The notes under the pieces: model-generated | Database searches by the model: none | What the model was told of the DNA's origin: nothing | Seen by the model: the letters and a program-made list of their open reading frames with translations, nothing else | Position numbers and translations under genes: made by a program | Part shown: positions 1 to 13,300 of the stretch, piece after piece | Layout of the letters: each line of letters begins with the position of its first letter | How positions within the stretch are numbered: the stretch's first letter is position 1 | Origin: Macrostomum lignano | Taxonomy: Eukaryota | Assembly: GCA_002269645.1 (NCBI GenBank) | Contig: NIVC01001242.1 | Coordinates: forward strand, 62,001 to 126,000 | Direction of reading: 5' to 3' | DNA: 64,000 nt

Positions 1-293
1 GTGACCAACTATTGCACCTTGGCTACAGGTGGGGTCCATGTGGGTCCTTGGCCCTCTGGTCACGAAGCGCTACCAAAGCTACTAATCATGTGGGCGGGAC
101 AGTCTGGTGCTGGAGGTCCGTCAGGTCATTGCCCGGTCATAGGCAGCCTACGGTCATTGCCCCTCTAGCCAAGTGTTCGTCTCTCAATAGGAGCGGACAG
201 GCGACAAGGGCGGTTACATCAAAAGCTATTTTGATATTACTAGGTTTTTTAATTTTTAAAGTTTTTCATTTTGATTTACAGCGGGTCACCCAC

Positions 294-918
294 CTGTGTA
301 GCCGTAAACGCAGCTGCAGTGATACCAGGGGCTCGCGTCTGTGTTGCTGCAGGTGCCTCCGTTTTGGCAGGGATTGCTTGATGAAGTGCTGCCATCGGAG
401 GTTGTAGCACAAAAGTTTATTCTAACAGTGCAATATGTACCAGTGTACGCCTCAGTGCACAGACACGGAGGAGTGCTTGACGTCACAGGACCCGGCCAGC
501 AAGTCCCGCCATTCTTGCAGTCGCCCTCGCTGCAGGCGGCTCGCCTCGTCCGCGCCAATTCGTTGGCGTCCTCGTCAGAACCTTCATATTGAAAATCAGT
601 GGTGGAAAAATTATATTCATAAAGCTAAAGTTATTAACAGGCATTTAAGCGTGAGAAGAATAATTACTATTGGCAACAGAATTTTCATGAATTCATAACA
701 CCTAAATATCATAACATCATTCCATAACATTTAAATTTCATAACGTCTAAACTTCAACTGTGTTGGGAATCGTTAATGAAAATCCTAATTTCCTGTAACG
801 GCAAGTTCATTGGCGGTAAAATGAAAAAAACCTTTTCTTCATGCGAACTTGGCTTACCTGAACCTCCTATCGCTTCATTTACACACAAAATTGACGATAA
901 ACCGATCATAATTAGCAT
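294..918 (-). CDS. Gene Z (5' part only): Crumbs-family EGF protein; signal-peptide exon plus furin-site/2xEGF exon, continues beyond the window start
   Basis: Exon 1 858-918 MLIMIGLSSILCVNEAIGGS-G|GTAAGC (alternative in-frame ATG at 972). Exon 2 294-581 (aag|GT TCT GAC...TAC ACA G|GTGGGT, phase 1-1) encodes ELARTRR-AACSEGDCKNGGTC...; its first EGF is near-identical to gene A exon 2. Confidence 0.8.
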
Positions 919-1994
919 CCTTATGATTTTTTGCCTCGGATTAACCCGCTGCTGAAGCACTCCAGATGTCATCCTACAAGCTTTAGAGGTGAAAAAGTAG
1001 CTGTCTTAGGTAGTCAAACAGCAATCTTCATCGAATGTACTCATAAGTGTACAAACGCAGTGAATAATTTCAAGCGATATATAAATATGAATTTAAATGT
1101 ATCTATAAATTGGAGTTGGGGTCGATTCTCAGGAAACTATTGAGTGCAGCCTTTAAACCTTCAGTGTAAATGGTTCAAAATGTAATCCATGTGCTCAGGG
1201 TAGGTTTAAATTTAAAACAATTCACAGCGCACTCACTAGTTTTGTTGCTCAGCTCAAATTATGCAAATATTGCTGATGAATCACCTGCCACTGATAAGTC
1301 ACGGATATTGTTGGGCTTTCAGATTAGATAATAGTGAAGTGATAGGTCGCATAGTCTTGAAGGGAGCTTCCACCTGAATCTTGTATTTATTGAGTTTATA
1401 TGGAATTTACACTAAGGTGAACTTCGCTTATTTCACACTAGACATAAATAACTACATGAAGAATTACTCATTACATTTGCATTCCTTATCTACTTATAAA
1501 ATTTATTTCTATATACACTGTAAAATCTATGCTTTCATTCCGTAGCTAAATTAAGCAACAAGTCTCGCATCAGGCTAAATGCGTGCCTAAATTGCCTGTT
1601 ATTTAGGTAATCTATTTTTAGAAAAAAAGCAAGATGTAAGTTCCCGGCGGGAAATTCTAGGGCTGTGTGAGCTCTCTGCTGTGTGAGCTTGTGTGATCTT
1701 GTGTGAGCGTGTGTGTCATTCACGCGATATGATTCATACCGTAACTTTCTGTGTGCGATTAGAAAGCTCACACGGCCCCCAAATTTCCCAGCGGGAATTT
1801 ACACTCCTATTCAGAAAAGAGGAACACAGTTTTAACAAATAATATTTTCATTGAGCTTAGCAGCAAAGCTGCAATCGATAACGTCCCAGGAATTTGAGCA
1901 ATCGCAATCGATTCCACGGACCTCATATAGATGCCAAAGCTGGTGAAGTATTCTGGGGTGCTCCACTATTTGAGCACATCTAATAGCAACCCAA

Positions 1995-2155
1995 ATGCAT
2001 CTAAGGCGCCAAAACGAGTGAGTGTCTGCGGCGCCAAAATGAGCGTCTGCGGCGCCAAAATGAGTGAGCGTCTGCGGCGCCAAAATGAGCGTCCGCGGCG
2101 CCAAAAGGAGTGTCTGCGGCGCCAAAATGAGTGTATGCGGCGCCTAAATGAGGAC
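1995..2155. repeat. 21-bp minisatellite, same family as 42420-42930
   Basis: gtctgcggcgccaaaatgagt units. Confidence 0.8.
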
Positions 2156-2159
2156 GCGC

Positions 2160-2950
2160 AGCCGACGACCAGAGACCAGTTCAGCAGGCGTCGCACCACG
2201 CGAGTTGGATGAATTGCGGTGGTAGAGAAGGACTTTCTGCAGAAAGGCGTTGAAATCGGAGTGGGTTAGTCGCGGGGTTCAAGCTTGCAAAGCTCTTTTT
2301 ACAGTCTGAACGGCTCTTTCAGCTGTGCCATTCGACTGCGGCGAGTAAGGGGCTGTTTCCATTTTTGCGCTCCAATAGTCCAAAGCCCGGATAGCAGGGT
2401 TTCAGATGTGAACTCTTGCCCCCATTGTTAGAAACTACGAGCTCTGGTACACCAAACCAAGTGAAAACTGTTCTCAAGAATTTCACTAAATTGGCTGCGG
2501 ACCTGTCCAACAAGTAGATCTATTGCTTCTTGTACGAATACCCAGTCAATGTGGACCCTCTCAATGGTCTTTTGATGCGGGTGGCCAATGATTCCTCATT
2601 TTCAATAGGCCTACGTGGCTGCAGGCAGTCGATTACAGACGGAACACTGGTGCACAAACTGCTCGACGTCCCTCTGTAGGCCGGCGTTCTGAAAGGCAGC
2701 CTCTCGGGGTTGTGCATGCCCAGGGCGTAGCGCAGCAGGGACATGTAGCCCGCGCGTCCAGGGCTCGCTCTCGCGTGTCGGTCATCGGCACCGCTTTCAT
2801 GCCATGCTAAAGGATTGGCTTTACGGCCGCACTGAAGAGGCGCACCTTCAGGGCCGTCCCTCGCAGCTGAATTTAAAAACGTTCCTGAGCAGGTGCGCCG
2901 CTTGCCAGGCCTGATTGCTCCTGTCAAAGACGATGGAGTCCGGGCTCGCT
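2160..2950 (-). mobile_element. Decayed Ty3/Gypsy integrase fragment
   Basis: Broken frames give FGVPELVVSNNG, TAPYSPQSNGTAERAVQTVK and LLYHRNS...TPAELVSGRRLR, typical integrase core and C-terminal motifs. Confidence 0.7.
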
Positions 2951-4302
2951 GCTAGCAGTTCGAGATAACCGGAAGTCCTCGAACACGGCGTTGGTGCGTC
3001 CTTTAAGTCGTTAAAAAATTTTTAATTTAATGTAGTTGCCACAGAGCTAAATAATGATTAACACATTTTAAATCTTTTCAGGCTCTTCCAAGCTGATAAG
3101 AGCGTCATAACCGCCAGGTAGTTGTGGCTGCAACAACCCTGCACCATCCTGCTCCATCTGGCTGGTGCTTCAACTAGATGGTCACGTGATCTGGGCGGTG
3201 CGTCGTAGGACGGTTTTTTCCAACCTTTCAAGGACGTCCTGTCAAGACTAACAAGATACATGCAATAACAGTAATATTTATGATGCGCAGAGCTATGGGC
3301 TGCCCAATGTGGCGAGCATCTTGCGATTATTGAATGACGATATTCATCTATTCTTTTCGTCTATTTAAAAGGAAGCTAAAATCTTTGTTTTGCTCAGATA
3401 AAATATCACTAAAACCAATGCCCGTATAACACTTCGTTCGTACTTTGAAAAGCCAAGACAAAAGAATCGTTAGTAATATATGTAATAATGTGTAACAGCG
3501 ATTGTAATTTTTCAGATCGAAAATAGTCACTTCACTTAAAAAGAAACAGATAAACTGAAGGAATGCAATTTTTGAAAAGTTAAAAATTGAAAAGGGTACA
3601 CACCGTAGCCTAATAACATTTCATGGTCTGGAACAGCTGTATATAAAATTAGATAAAAATAGCAATGACCACAGTGATTGCAGCCCCTTGCTGTTGAAAG
3701 TATGTTGAACCTCTACTTGTACAAAAAGAAGAACGGTACTTCGGTTGAAAAAAACACAGATTGGAATGTTCTGTACAATGTCTATTATGACGGATTCGGC
3801 TAAAATTTCTAAACAAAAGAAGAAAAATATACATCTGATTTCATAAGAAAGGCACCTTATGCAATTTTTAAAAAAATATCAAGATGAACCAAACTCAATT
3901 TGCAGCCTGGAAATGAAAATCGACAATTTCGTTCTGGGCGTTTCCTTAGTAAATATTTCACCGGCGGATATAGTGGCAATCATAATACCGGTATTTTATT
4001 GTCTGCGAAGGCTTAATAAAATGATATGATGATGATCATAGGTACCAGCTGCATATATATATGTAATTTACAGCGTATCTATACGCACCATAAGAATTTG
4101 AGTTTACCGATGTGATAAAAACCAAGACACTGTACGTTTCAGTAGAAAAATACTGGATTTACAAAAACCAATAGCCTCTTTGTTGTAATACCTTCACTGG
4201 AGTAACAATATTGTCCTAAATATTTGAACAAAAACGTTTATAAACAGACACAATAGTTAAATATCAAGAGGTCTGTTACCATGTGTGCACAAGTATAACA
4301 GC

Positions 4303-7300
4303 TCAAAAAAACACCTCCTGAGGCACCGGTTTGGCCGATTTCGATCGCAGGTGACCAACGCGAACCCCGGTGGTTGGATCCAACTTTGACTGAGACTGAA
4401 GATCCGATGAAGCGCTTGGACGGAACAGCGTGGTGAACTTTGCGACCAGGACAATAGCTGCGATGGGTTTTGGGGATATTGGAGATGAATTCATCATTCT
4501 GCAGACTAAGGGTAATAACTAAAAACTAGACAACACTAATGCTATTAAAAGCTACGCTTCACCTCTTAAAAACAAAATAAAAGAGGCAACCGGGCTTCGA
4601 CAATTTATAGGAGTTCAACTTTTGCAAGCTCTTGGACGTGGCATCCACAACCACCAGCTCTAGTAGACAGGGTAAGGGGGACGCCCTTTTAGGAGATTGA
4701 GGGACCCACATATGAGATCCTACACCCCTTTTAATGTATGGATACCAATCAATATACTAAAAATGGTTTGTCAGTAGGTATCTACGCTGGAATGTGATCG
4801 ATTTTGGCAGAAACGGCTCAACCGATTTACTAACCAACAATTATGCCAGCGACGACCACAACTCCAGCAACGATTCCAATTATCCCTCCCACCGAGGGCA
4901 CCGAAGCGACGGCAGAGCACGTGGGTCCGGAGAACCCATCCTTGCAATCGCAGACATACTTGTTCCACATGTCGCTGCAACGACCGGAGTTCTGACAGAC
5001 ACCCGTTTTACATACTACGTCTCCATGGCAACCAGGCGTTGGTGAGATGATGGAATCCGCGTCAGTTGCAGACCAGGAAAATCCCGGCGTGTCGGAGGGG
5101 AGCGACCGGTTCACTAGCGGGACCAAGTAGCCGTTGAGTCGCACGTTGCCAAGGCAACCCTTGAAGCCGCTGTCGCCAAGAACTACCACAGCAGCAGAGT
5201 CGAGAGTCAGCGGTGCAAAGTCATGAGATTCGCTGAAAGTCGTAGCAGCGTCGGTGCCATTGAACTTCGCACTGAGTTCTAAGCGCCGTTCGGTGAAAAA
5301 CCTGACGCCAAACGTAAATGGGAAGCCGGTTGCTATGGAGAAATCGGACATCGCGTGCTTGTTGTCAAGGGACACTCGCAGATGGCCGGACTTGGCCTCG
5401 ACAAACAGCTGGCGACCGTCGCTGTTGGTCATCGACAGCAGTTGGAAGTTCAGCTCGCGGGTGCGGGCCCAGCCAGTGAGGCTCGTCAATGCTTCATTGA
5501 AGCGGCTGGCCGATAATTTCAGCTTTGTGGAGGATTGGAATGTGGCGGTTGTGCGACCTGGCGAGTTTGGTGGTCGGAGAAGCAGAAAATGTAGAACGCT
5601 TTGTTGCTATGCATACTTATATTTAAAAAAGTATATACTCAACAACAGTACAAAGTTTCACCTACCAAGCAAATATATTTTTATTCACCATTTACTGTGC
5701 ATTTGAAATGAGAAGTTTTCTCTCAAACTACGCGTGATTTGCACAGGTGGAACTTTTGACTGTTGCTGAGTATGCGAGTTTTAAGTGCCAGTGAGCAATT
5801 TCTCTTGGACTGTACGAGAAAACTGAAATAGAAGATACGAGAAAACTGATCGGGGTAGCTTTAATCCGTCCAACCCTCGCACACCTCTTCCCCGACTTCA
5901 TTCTTCCACTCAAGTCTGCCGTGACGTAGCTAAGTTGGTTGCGTCACTCGTAAAGATTGAGAGACTTTACCTGCACTCTCAAAAGTGGCGACCACAGACG
6001 GAATCTTCTGTGATGGCGACTTTTCGATATGGCTGAGTATATTTTTATTGCGGCTTGTACTTTATAGCAAATAATAAATACTCACACTCGTATCCTCTTG
6101 GCTCCAAGTTGACGCACTGAGTGCCATTCGGACAGTCCTCCAATCCAGGAACGCAGTGGTCCCTGACTGAGCAATCAGCACTGCGCCAGCCAGTTTCGCA
6201 TTCGCAGCTAAAATTTGATTTGTGCAGGTTGCGAATTTTAAAGGCTTCAAAGAGTAATTTCAATCTTAATTCAAAAGTAACCTAAACATTGCTTACGAAA
6301 ACTTGTTGTAGAACACATTGATGCAGGTCGCATTATTCTGGCAGGGTTCCCAGTTTGTGCAAACGTCTTCGTTGACGACTCCATCAGTGATGGATTCGGT
6401 TTCACTGGCAGCGACAGCACCTGGCAGCAGGTCAGTCACGTTGAAGTCCACTGAACCCAGAATGAGTGGTTTGAGTCCATTGAGCTTCGGAGATGCAATG
6501 ATTCCTCGAAATCCGGTGAGATTCGTTGAAAGCGTTGACGAAATGCTAGTAGGTAAGGCAGGCAGTGATCTTCTTGACCTGCCTTTAGTGCCGCTGCTTT
6601 CGATTGGAGGCGGAGCCAGGGCTGCCAGAAGACCGCTGAAGCCGCCGATGATGAGCTGGCCTGACAGTTGCGGCAGCGGACTCGCGCTGCTCAGCGATGC
6701 CGATCTGACTGAAGATGACACTGACAGCGACAGCGAGCGACCCGATATCGACACGGAGATCTTCACGGAGACGTATTCACCGGTGGCCACCGAGTTCGAG
6801 GATGTCAGCGCTACTATTTCGGAGCCGTTGCCATACAGTATCTGGGCAGACAAACGGCCAGACGCATCGATCTGCAATAAAAAATCCCGAGAGGCAAGTT
6901 CAAGGATCAATAATCAAGGACTGTTTTTTTAATCATACTTTGTACTTTGTTGTCGACCAGTGCTTTTAGGATTGAAATTTTCACCTGTGTTCTCCGGTAT
7001 ATTGATCGTTTGCTAAAAGAATAGGGCCCAATTTCAAACCGCAATTGACATCTGAGACTGAATCATATTGCAGAAACGAAACGACAATTGTGACGATTGG
7101 CGCGTCGGGTTTCTCGAGCTCAAAATTTTGCCACTCTTTCTTTGCTCTACATTTGATTTTATCATAACCAAATATTGATATTGCAACTGCCTCGCACAGA
7201 TTTTTGGCATTTTAGCTAATCTATTATGCCACTCGTACTCAGTGTGTTTGAAGTGCCTTGTACTCAGTGTGACTGTGTTCTTGACCTTTATCCATTTTGC

Positions 7301-10300
7301 ATCAGTTCTGCATTTGCAAAGCATTCATTTCAGAGAAAACTTCCTAATTTTCGCAAGCTGTATATTTGCTGTCTTAAATTTTGCAACATTTACAAGGTGA
7401 AGCTACGATAAAATCAGTTTAAATTCCGCATAGAAAGGAAGGGCGTTCAGTCTTTTTAATTTTACCGTTTAAAATATTGTATAATACTGGTAAGAGCAAA
7501 AATGAAAATGAATGCGTTTAAATGCACTTTTCACGCGGAGCGTCGGTGGTGTGATTGATTTTACTTTAGGAGGAATCAATTTTAAAGAAATTATAAAAAC
7601 AGGGTTTCTTAATATAAATTATATAAATACCAAGAGCCGCCAAGAACACACCACTTGTGAATGCAGACTCCTTCGTAAGAATTATAATTAGCAATATATA
7701 CTAGGATTTATAATCTATCTATAAAAACTCACCGTAGCGAGCAGTCTCGGAGTGGTCGCCGAGTCGCTCGGGTCGCCCAGCAGCAGCAGAAACGCTCCTC
7801 GAGACAAAGTCACCAGCCTCAGCTCAATCGTCCACGAGTCTCCGCCATACACACTTGACACACCTGCTGCAGACGCGAACCTCGCTGATGACACGCTGCC
7901 GCCCACACCCAGTGAGAACGATGGAAGCTCAACGGAGCAGTTTCGACCTCCGAAGTCCGCAGCGCAGTGGCACACAAAGTCATTCCAAACATCTGAGCAC
8001 ATCGAGCTCGTCTTTGCTTCACAAGGCGACGGGCTGCCGCACTGCACCGACCGACTGCAGACTCCCCAGGTCGCGTTGCTCGACTCCGCCGTGGTCTCCG
8101 TAGCGACCAATGTCGAGTCGTTCGTCACGAGCCGCACGTCTCTCACGCAGCCGCGGAAGCCACCGCCGTCGATGCCGGATCCGCTCTCGCCGCCAACACG
8201 AACTGACATTCGACTGTTCGGCTTGAATGAGTTCGACAGTTCGTCGACCAGCTGTGCTCCAGGCATCTGACTCACTACTGACTCACTGCGACTCAATGTC
8301 GCACTGCCATTGGTCAGCGAGACCGACAGCGTCAGCCAATCAGTAGAGCCCAAGCTGTCGCTGATTGGCCAATCGGCTCGACCAATCACAGACGATGAGG
8401 CATTGAGGAACAACAGCACGAGACTGGAGTCGTGAGCGCCGACTCGGATGTCTCCCCAGTGAGACGAGAGCCGGACCAGATCGAAGTGGGCGAGACTCGT
8501 GCGGAACGACAGCTCGAAGGTGCAGTCAGCTGTTGTAAAAATGGCGCTGAAACTGGACGTCCCGTTGAATGACGCCAGAGTGGTCTCGTTGCACTGCGGT
8601 CCAGACCAGCCAGGCTTGCAGGTGCAGCGATAGCCGTGAGCAGGTGACGGCAGCTCTCGAAGAAGCAGCGGCTCGCAAGTAGCATTGTTCTGGCACGGGC
8701 TGGAGTCGCAGCCAGTCAGTCTGACGCTGCAGTTTTTGCCTCCGAACTCAGCGGGGCAGCCGGTGCAGGCATAATCCGCTACCAGGTCCTTGCAGACGGC
8801 TCCGTTCTGACACGGCTGTCCGAACCGCTCGCACTCGTCGATGTCGATTGAGCAGGTCGGGCCCTCGTAGCCGGGCAGGCAGTGGCAGGTGAATGAGGCC
8901 AGGCCGTCCGTACAGTTTGACGCGTGAGCGCACACGCTGCGGTTGGTGTCCGGATCCAGACAGTCGTTCGGGTTGATCTCGCACGTGTCTCCGTAGGTAC
9001 CTGATTTGAATGAAATATGGCTGTTTCTACAATAACATGTGGTAAAAGCATGGTTACTCAGCCGAGTCACCGTCTCATTTTAGGACATGAAAGTGTTTAT
9101 AAGAGATAAAGTCGAGCTTAAAAAGGCATTTTTCATAAGGTCAGTCTTACTTCCACTAAATAAAATACAGTAGAGGAGAAGCTGCAGAAGTATATTAACG
9201 GACTGCCAAAGGTAAACCCATAAGAAGGCAGAATTTGCAAGCCTACTGTCTTTTTGGTTAAAATAGAATCTCGTCAAGCACGAGGCTATCTCTGGTTGGG
9301 AAGCGAGTGCCCGGTACGAGAAAAAACAGCCAAACCCCACGTTTGACAAGCGAGGATCGGAGGGATAATATGGAGAGGTAGTCAAGCGGTGACCCTCAAA
9401 GTGTACAGACACTCCGAGACGGAATTGGATTGGAGCGGTAACGTACTAACAGACGTTAATAAACCCTACTAAGAGTAACGGCGCGGATGATAATGCTGGT
9501 GTTCGTACGTTCGTAGATCCGAGTGAAGACTTTGTTGGTAGTTCAGCGTCACTTTCTCGTTAGCTAATACTTCGCTTTGACACGCTGACGCTTTGTAGTT
9601 AGGGAGAGTACGCAAATGGCTAGAGGGAAGAGAGAAGAGAGTAGGGCGAGGGCTGAATACCATATAGAACACGGCTGGGTAATGACAGTGGGGGCTGGGA
9701 TGGGGCTAAGCAACACAGGGCTGGGGTGGGCTAAGCCACATAGGGCTGGGGGTGGGGCTAAGCTACACAGGGTTGGAGGTGGGGCTAAGCTACACAGGTT
9801 TGGAGGTGTGGCTAAGCTAGACAGGGTTAAAAGTGGGGCTAAGCTACACAGGGTTGGAGGTGGGGCTAAGCTACACAGGTTTGGAGGTGGGGCTAAGCTA
9901 CACAGGGTTGGAGGTGGGGCTAAGCTACACGGGGTTGGATGTGGGGCTAAGCTACACAGGGTTGGAAGTGGGGCTAAGCTACACAGGGTTGGAAGTGGGG
10001 CTAAGCTACACAGGGTTGGAGGTGGGGCTAAGCTACACAGGTTTGGAGGTGTGGCTAAGCTAGACAGGGTTAAAAGTGGGGCTAAGCTACACAGGGTTGG
10101 AGGTGGGGCTAAGCTACACGGGGTTGGATGTGGGGCTAAGCTACACAGGGTTGGCGGTGGGGCTAAGCTACACAGGGTTGGAGGTGGGGCTAAGCTACAC
10201 AGGGTTGGAGGTGGGGCTAAGCTACACAGGGTTGGAGGTGGGGCTAAGCTACACAGGTTTGGAGGTGGGGCTAAGCTACACAGGGTTAAAAGTGGGGCTA

Positions 10301-13300
10301 AGCTACACAGGGTTGGAGGTGGGGCTAAGCTACACGGGGTTGGATGTGGGGCTAAGCTACACAGGGTTGGAGGTGGGGCTAAGCTACACAGGGTTGGAGG
10401 TGGGGCTAAGCTACACAGGGTATGAGGTGGGGCTAAGCTACACAGTGTTGGAGGTGGGGCTAAGCTACACAGGGTATGAGGTGGGGCTAAGCTACACAGT
10501 GTTGGAGGTGGGGCTAAGCTACACAGGGTTGGAGGTGGGGCTAAGCTACACAGTGTTGGAGGTGGGGCTAAGCTACACAGGGTTGGAAGTGGGGCTAAGC
10601 TACACAGGGTTAAAAGTGGGGCTAAGCTACACAGGGTATGAGGTGGGGCTAAGCTACACAGTGTTGGAGGTGGGGCTAAGCTACACAGTGTTGGAGGTGG
10701 GGCTAAGCTACACAGGGTTGGAAGTGGGGCTAAGCTACACAGGGTATGAGGTGGGGCTAAGCTACACAGGTTTGGAGGTGTGGCTAAGCTACACAGGGTT
10801 AAAAGTGGGGCTAAGCTACACAGGGTTGGAGGTGGGGCTAAGCTACACGGGGTTGGATGTGGGGCTAAGCTACACAGGGTTGGAGGTGGGGCTAAGCTAC
10901 ACAGGGTTGGAGGTGGGGCTAAGCTACACAGGGTTGGAGGTGGGGCTAAGCTACACAGGGTTGGATGTGGGGCTAAGCTACACAGGTTTGGAGGTGGGGC
11001 TAAGCTACACAGGGTTAAAAGTGGGGCTAAGCACGCGAAGGCGTATTCAGCATGCCAGTGAAGTATGAGACAGACTAGGCCCATGGGCTAAGGTCTGCGA
11101 TGCTTCACGCCTGCCCCTATCTTCAGCAGGTCAAGGCTGGTGGGAGGTCTGCACCCTCTATTTGCCTCTGGCAGCCGCAGACCCCCCCCCCCCACGCTGT
11201 CTCGCAAGTCGACCCAGGGTACTCGTCCCCGCGTGTGTTCAAGGCAGTCCCTAGGGCTGCTGGACAGACTGGGCTCCGGCGCTGGCGACCCTATCCAGTG
11301 GCTTCGGCCGAATTTGGGTATGCGGGTCTGGCTCGCCAACCTGCAGGCCGTGGTACTGCTCAACGTACTCTCTAATGCCTAAGGTGTTGACCGTGCCGAT
11401 GGGCTGGAAGGCCGGGGAGTAGTCCGGTCGCAAGCGGTCCCCCTCCTGGTGTCGGGCCAGCCTTGAGGGTGCTATTGGCCTACTGCCCGGTCAGGTGGAG
11501 CGGCCGGGTGGGTACCGCGCCCCTTTGAGGGTAGCCCACCAACCTTTTATCATGGCCTTCGAGCCGACTATGGATAAACAAGCTATTTCTAGGGACGGGG
11601 ACCCTTCTAAACCCAACCTCAGTCCGAAGGACCGGCCGGCCCTGCTGGCAGATCCCAACCGACTGATTCAACTGTGGCAAAGGAAGGACCGGCTGGCTCT
11701 GCTGGCAGATCCGACCAGAGCTACCAAACTCAAAATACCCTAAGACCTGCCAGCTCCGCTGGTGGATCTAAGGGAACCGCGAGCTCTGAGCCTAAAGGAC
11801 CGGCCAAATCTGGCAGATCCGATGAAGCTCAGCGGGCTCGGCTTGAGCGCAAACGCGCTAAACAACGCGCCAAAAGGCAGGCCAAGAAGGGAGCTGCGGG
11901 GGCCAAAGCGGCGGCGTCCACCATGGATGCTGAAGCGACTGGAGTCCCAAGGCAACCAGGCGGGCCGGCCGGTGGAAGCTCCAGTAGTTCAGCGGCGGCG
12001 CTCCCTGGAGCTGCTGCCGCGGCTGCTGAGGCCGAAACCACGGCGCAACAAATGGCCACTGCCAACAAGGAGGTTCCTTCGGGAGCTACCTTTGCGGCGA
12101 AGGCCAAGGCCAAAATCCCGGGAGTGATCATCCAAGGTCGCGACCAGGACTGGACCACTGATCAGCTTCAAAAAGTGTGGAGTGCTGTTGACTCCTATCT
12201 GATTGAGCTGACTGTCGAGGAGGGAATCTCCATCGGCGTTGAGCGGATGGTGCTGCGAAGCACATTCGTTCTTATTGCTCCTAGCAGCGAGGAGGACGCT
12301 CGGCGGCTGCTCCAGCGGCTACCGACGGTCTCCTTGGATGCTGACCTTGGCGGAGCTCTTTTTCTTCGCGAGGGCCAGCGTCCAAAGACGATACCCTATG
12401 TGGTTTTCGTCCCTGCTAAGAGCACCGCAGCTGGACCAGACGTTATTCGCCGGGTCCTACTGCGTCTGAACCCCGACCTCCCTGCTAGTGGACTGGTGTA
12501 TCACCGTAAAGTCCGCAGGGGGGAGACGGGCAACTCAATTGTCCTCGGCCTTTCCAGCACTTGGGCGAGTCGGTACCCTAATGGATCCTCTTTCCAGCTG
12601 GGTGCCCTCAAGCTCAAGTTGCGCCGAGGAAAGTCTGCCAAAGGGAAGGCTACTGCCAACCCCGGCATCTCCGGCAAGAGCGGGGCGCAGTCTAAGGCCC
12701 AAGGAAAGGCGCAAGCCGATCCCAAAGCCAAAGCTGCATCTCGCCCCTCTGCTAGCAGCAGTTCGGCGACCGCGGTAACGGCTCCGGCCAAGCCCCGGGA
12801 ACCAAACCTGCCAGTCGGAGAAGGAGTTGAGGACGAGGCCGGGTCTTCGGAATCCGAGCTCTCCTCGGCCACCTTGGTGGGGTCTGAAGGTAAAGATGCA
12901 GGTGAGGAAGCTTCCTCCATCCTGTCATCGGAGCCTGAGGACTCTGCTGGGGGGCCGGTGGGGGTGAGGAGGCCATGGACGTCGACCAACTCCCATCTCC
13001 CAGTCAAGCCCCAGCGGCCTGGGACGAGGACGATCTGTTGTCCAAGTCTCCTTGATGGCCCTGGGCTCTAGCCAGATATTGCATTTAATACAGTATGACT
13101 AAGCTCCACGCTGCCAAAGGAGCGACATTCTGTCTGCAAATAAATTTACAGCATTGCGTATCTGCGTCAGTAAATCTGATGAAGATTGCTGAGCTGTACA
13201 GGCCAGGCCTCATCCTGATCCAGGAACCCTGGATGCGCAACGGTAAGTTGCCCAACATTCCCTCTGGCTACTCTGATTTTTATGTGTGTGGCCCGGGGAA

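Noticed and set aside
1-220. Possible LTR end (…GGGCGGTTACA) and a similar TACA-ending block at 3070-3260
   Set aside because: No partner LTR, PBS or TSD identifiable within the window.
5971-6032. Possible small exon (…VVATFESA)
   Set aside because: Phase is incompatible with the strong upstream donor; direct splicing 6086 to 5557 restores GYEC-RTTATF.
6318-8270. Plus-strand ORFs overlapping LamG exons (also 59620-60138, 54895-55191)
   Set aside because: Antisense shadows of GC-rich coding exons.
9564-11084. Long repetitive ORFs (CSLAPPPTL, GLSYTGLEV, GGGAKLHRV)
   Set aside because: By-products of a 27-bp minisatellite open in several frames on both strands; intronic and split by a LINE.
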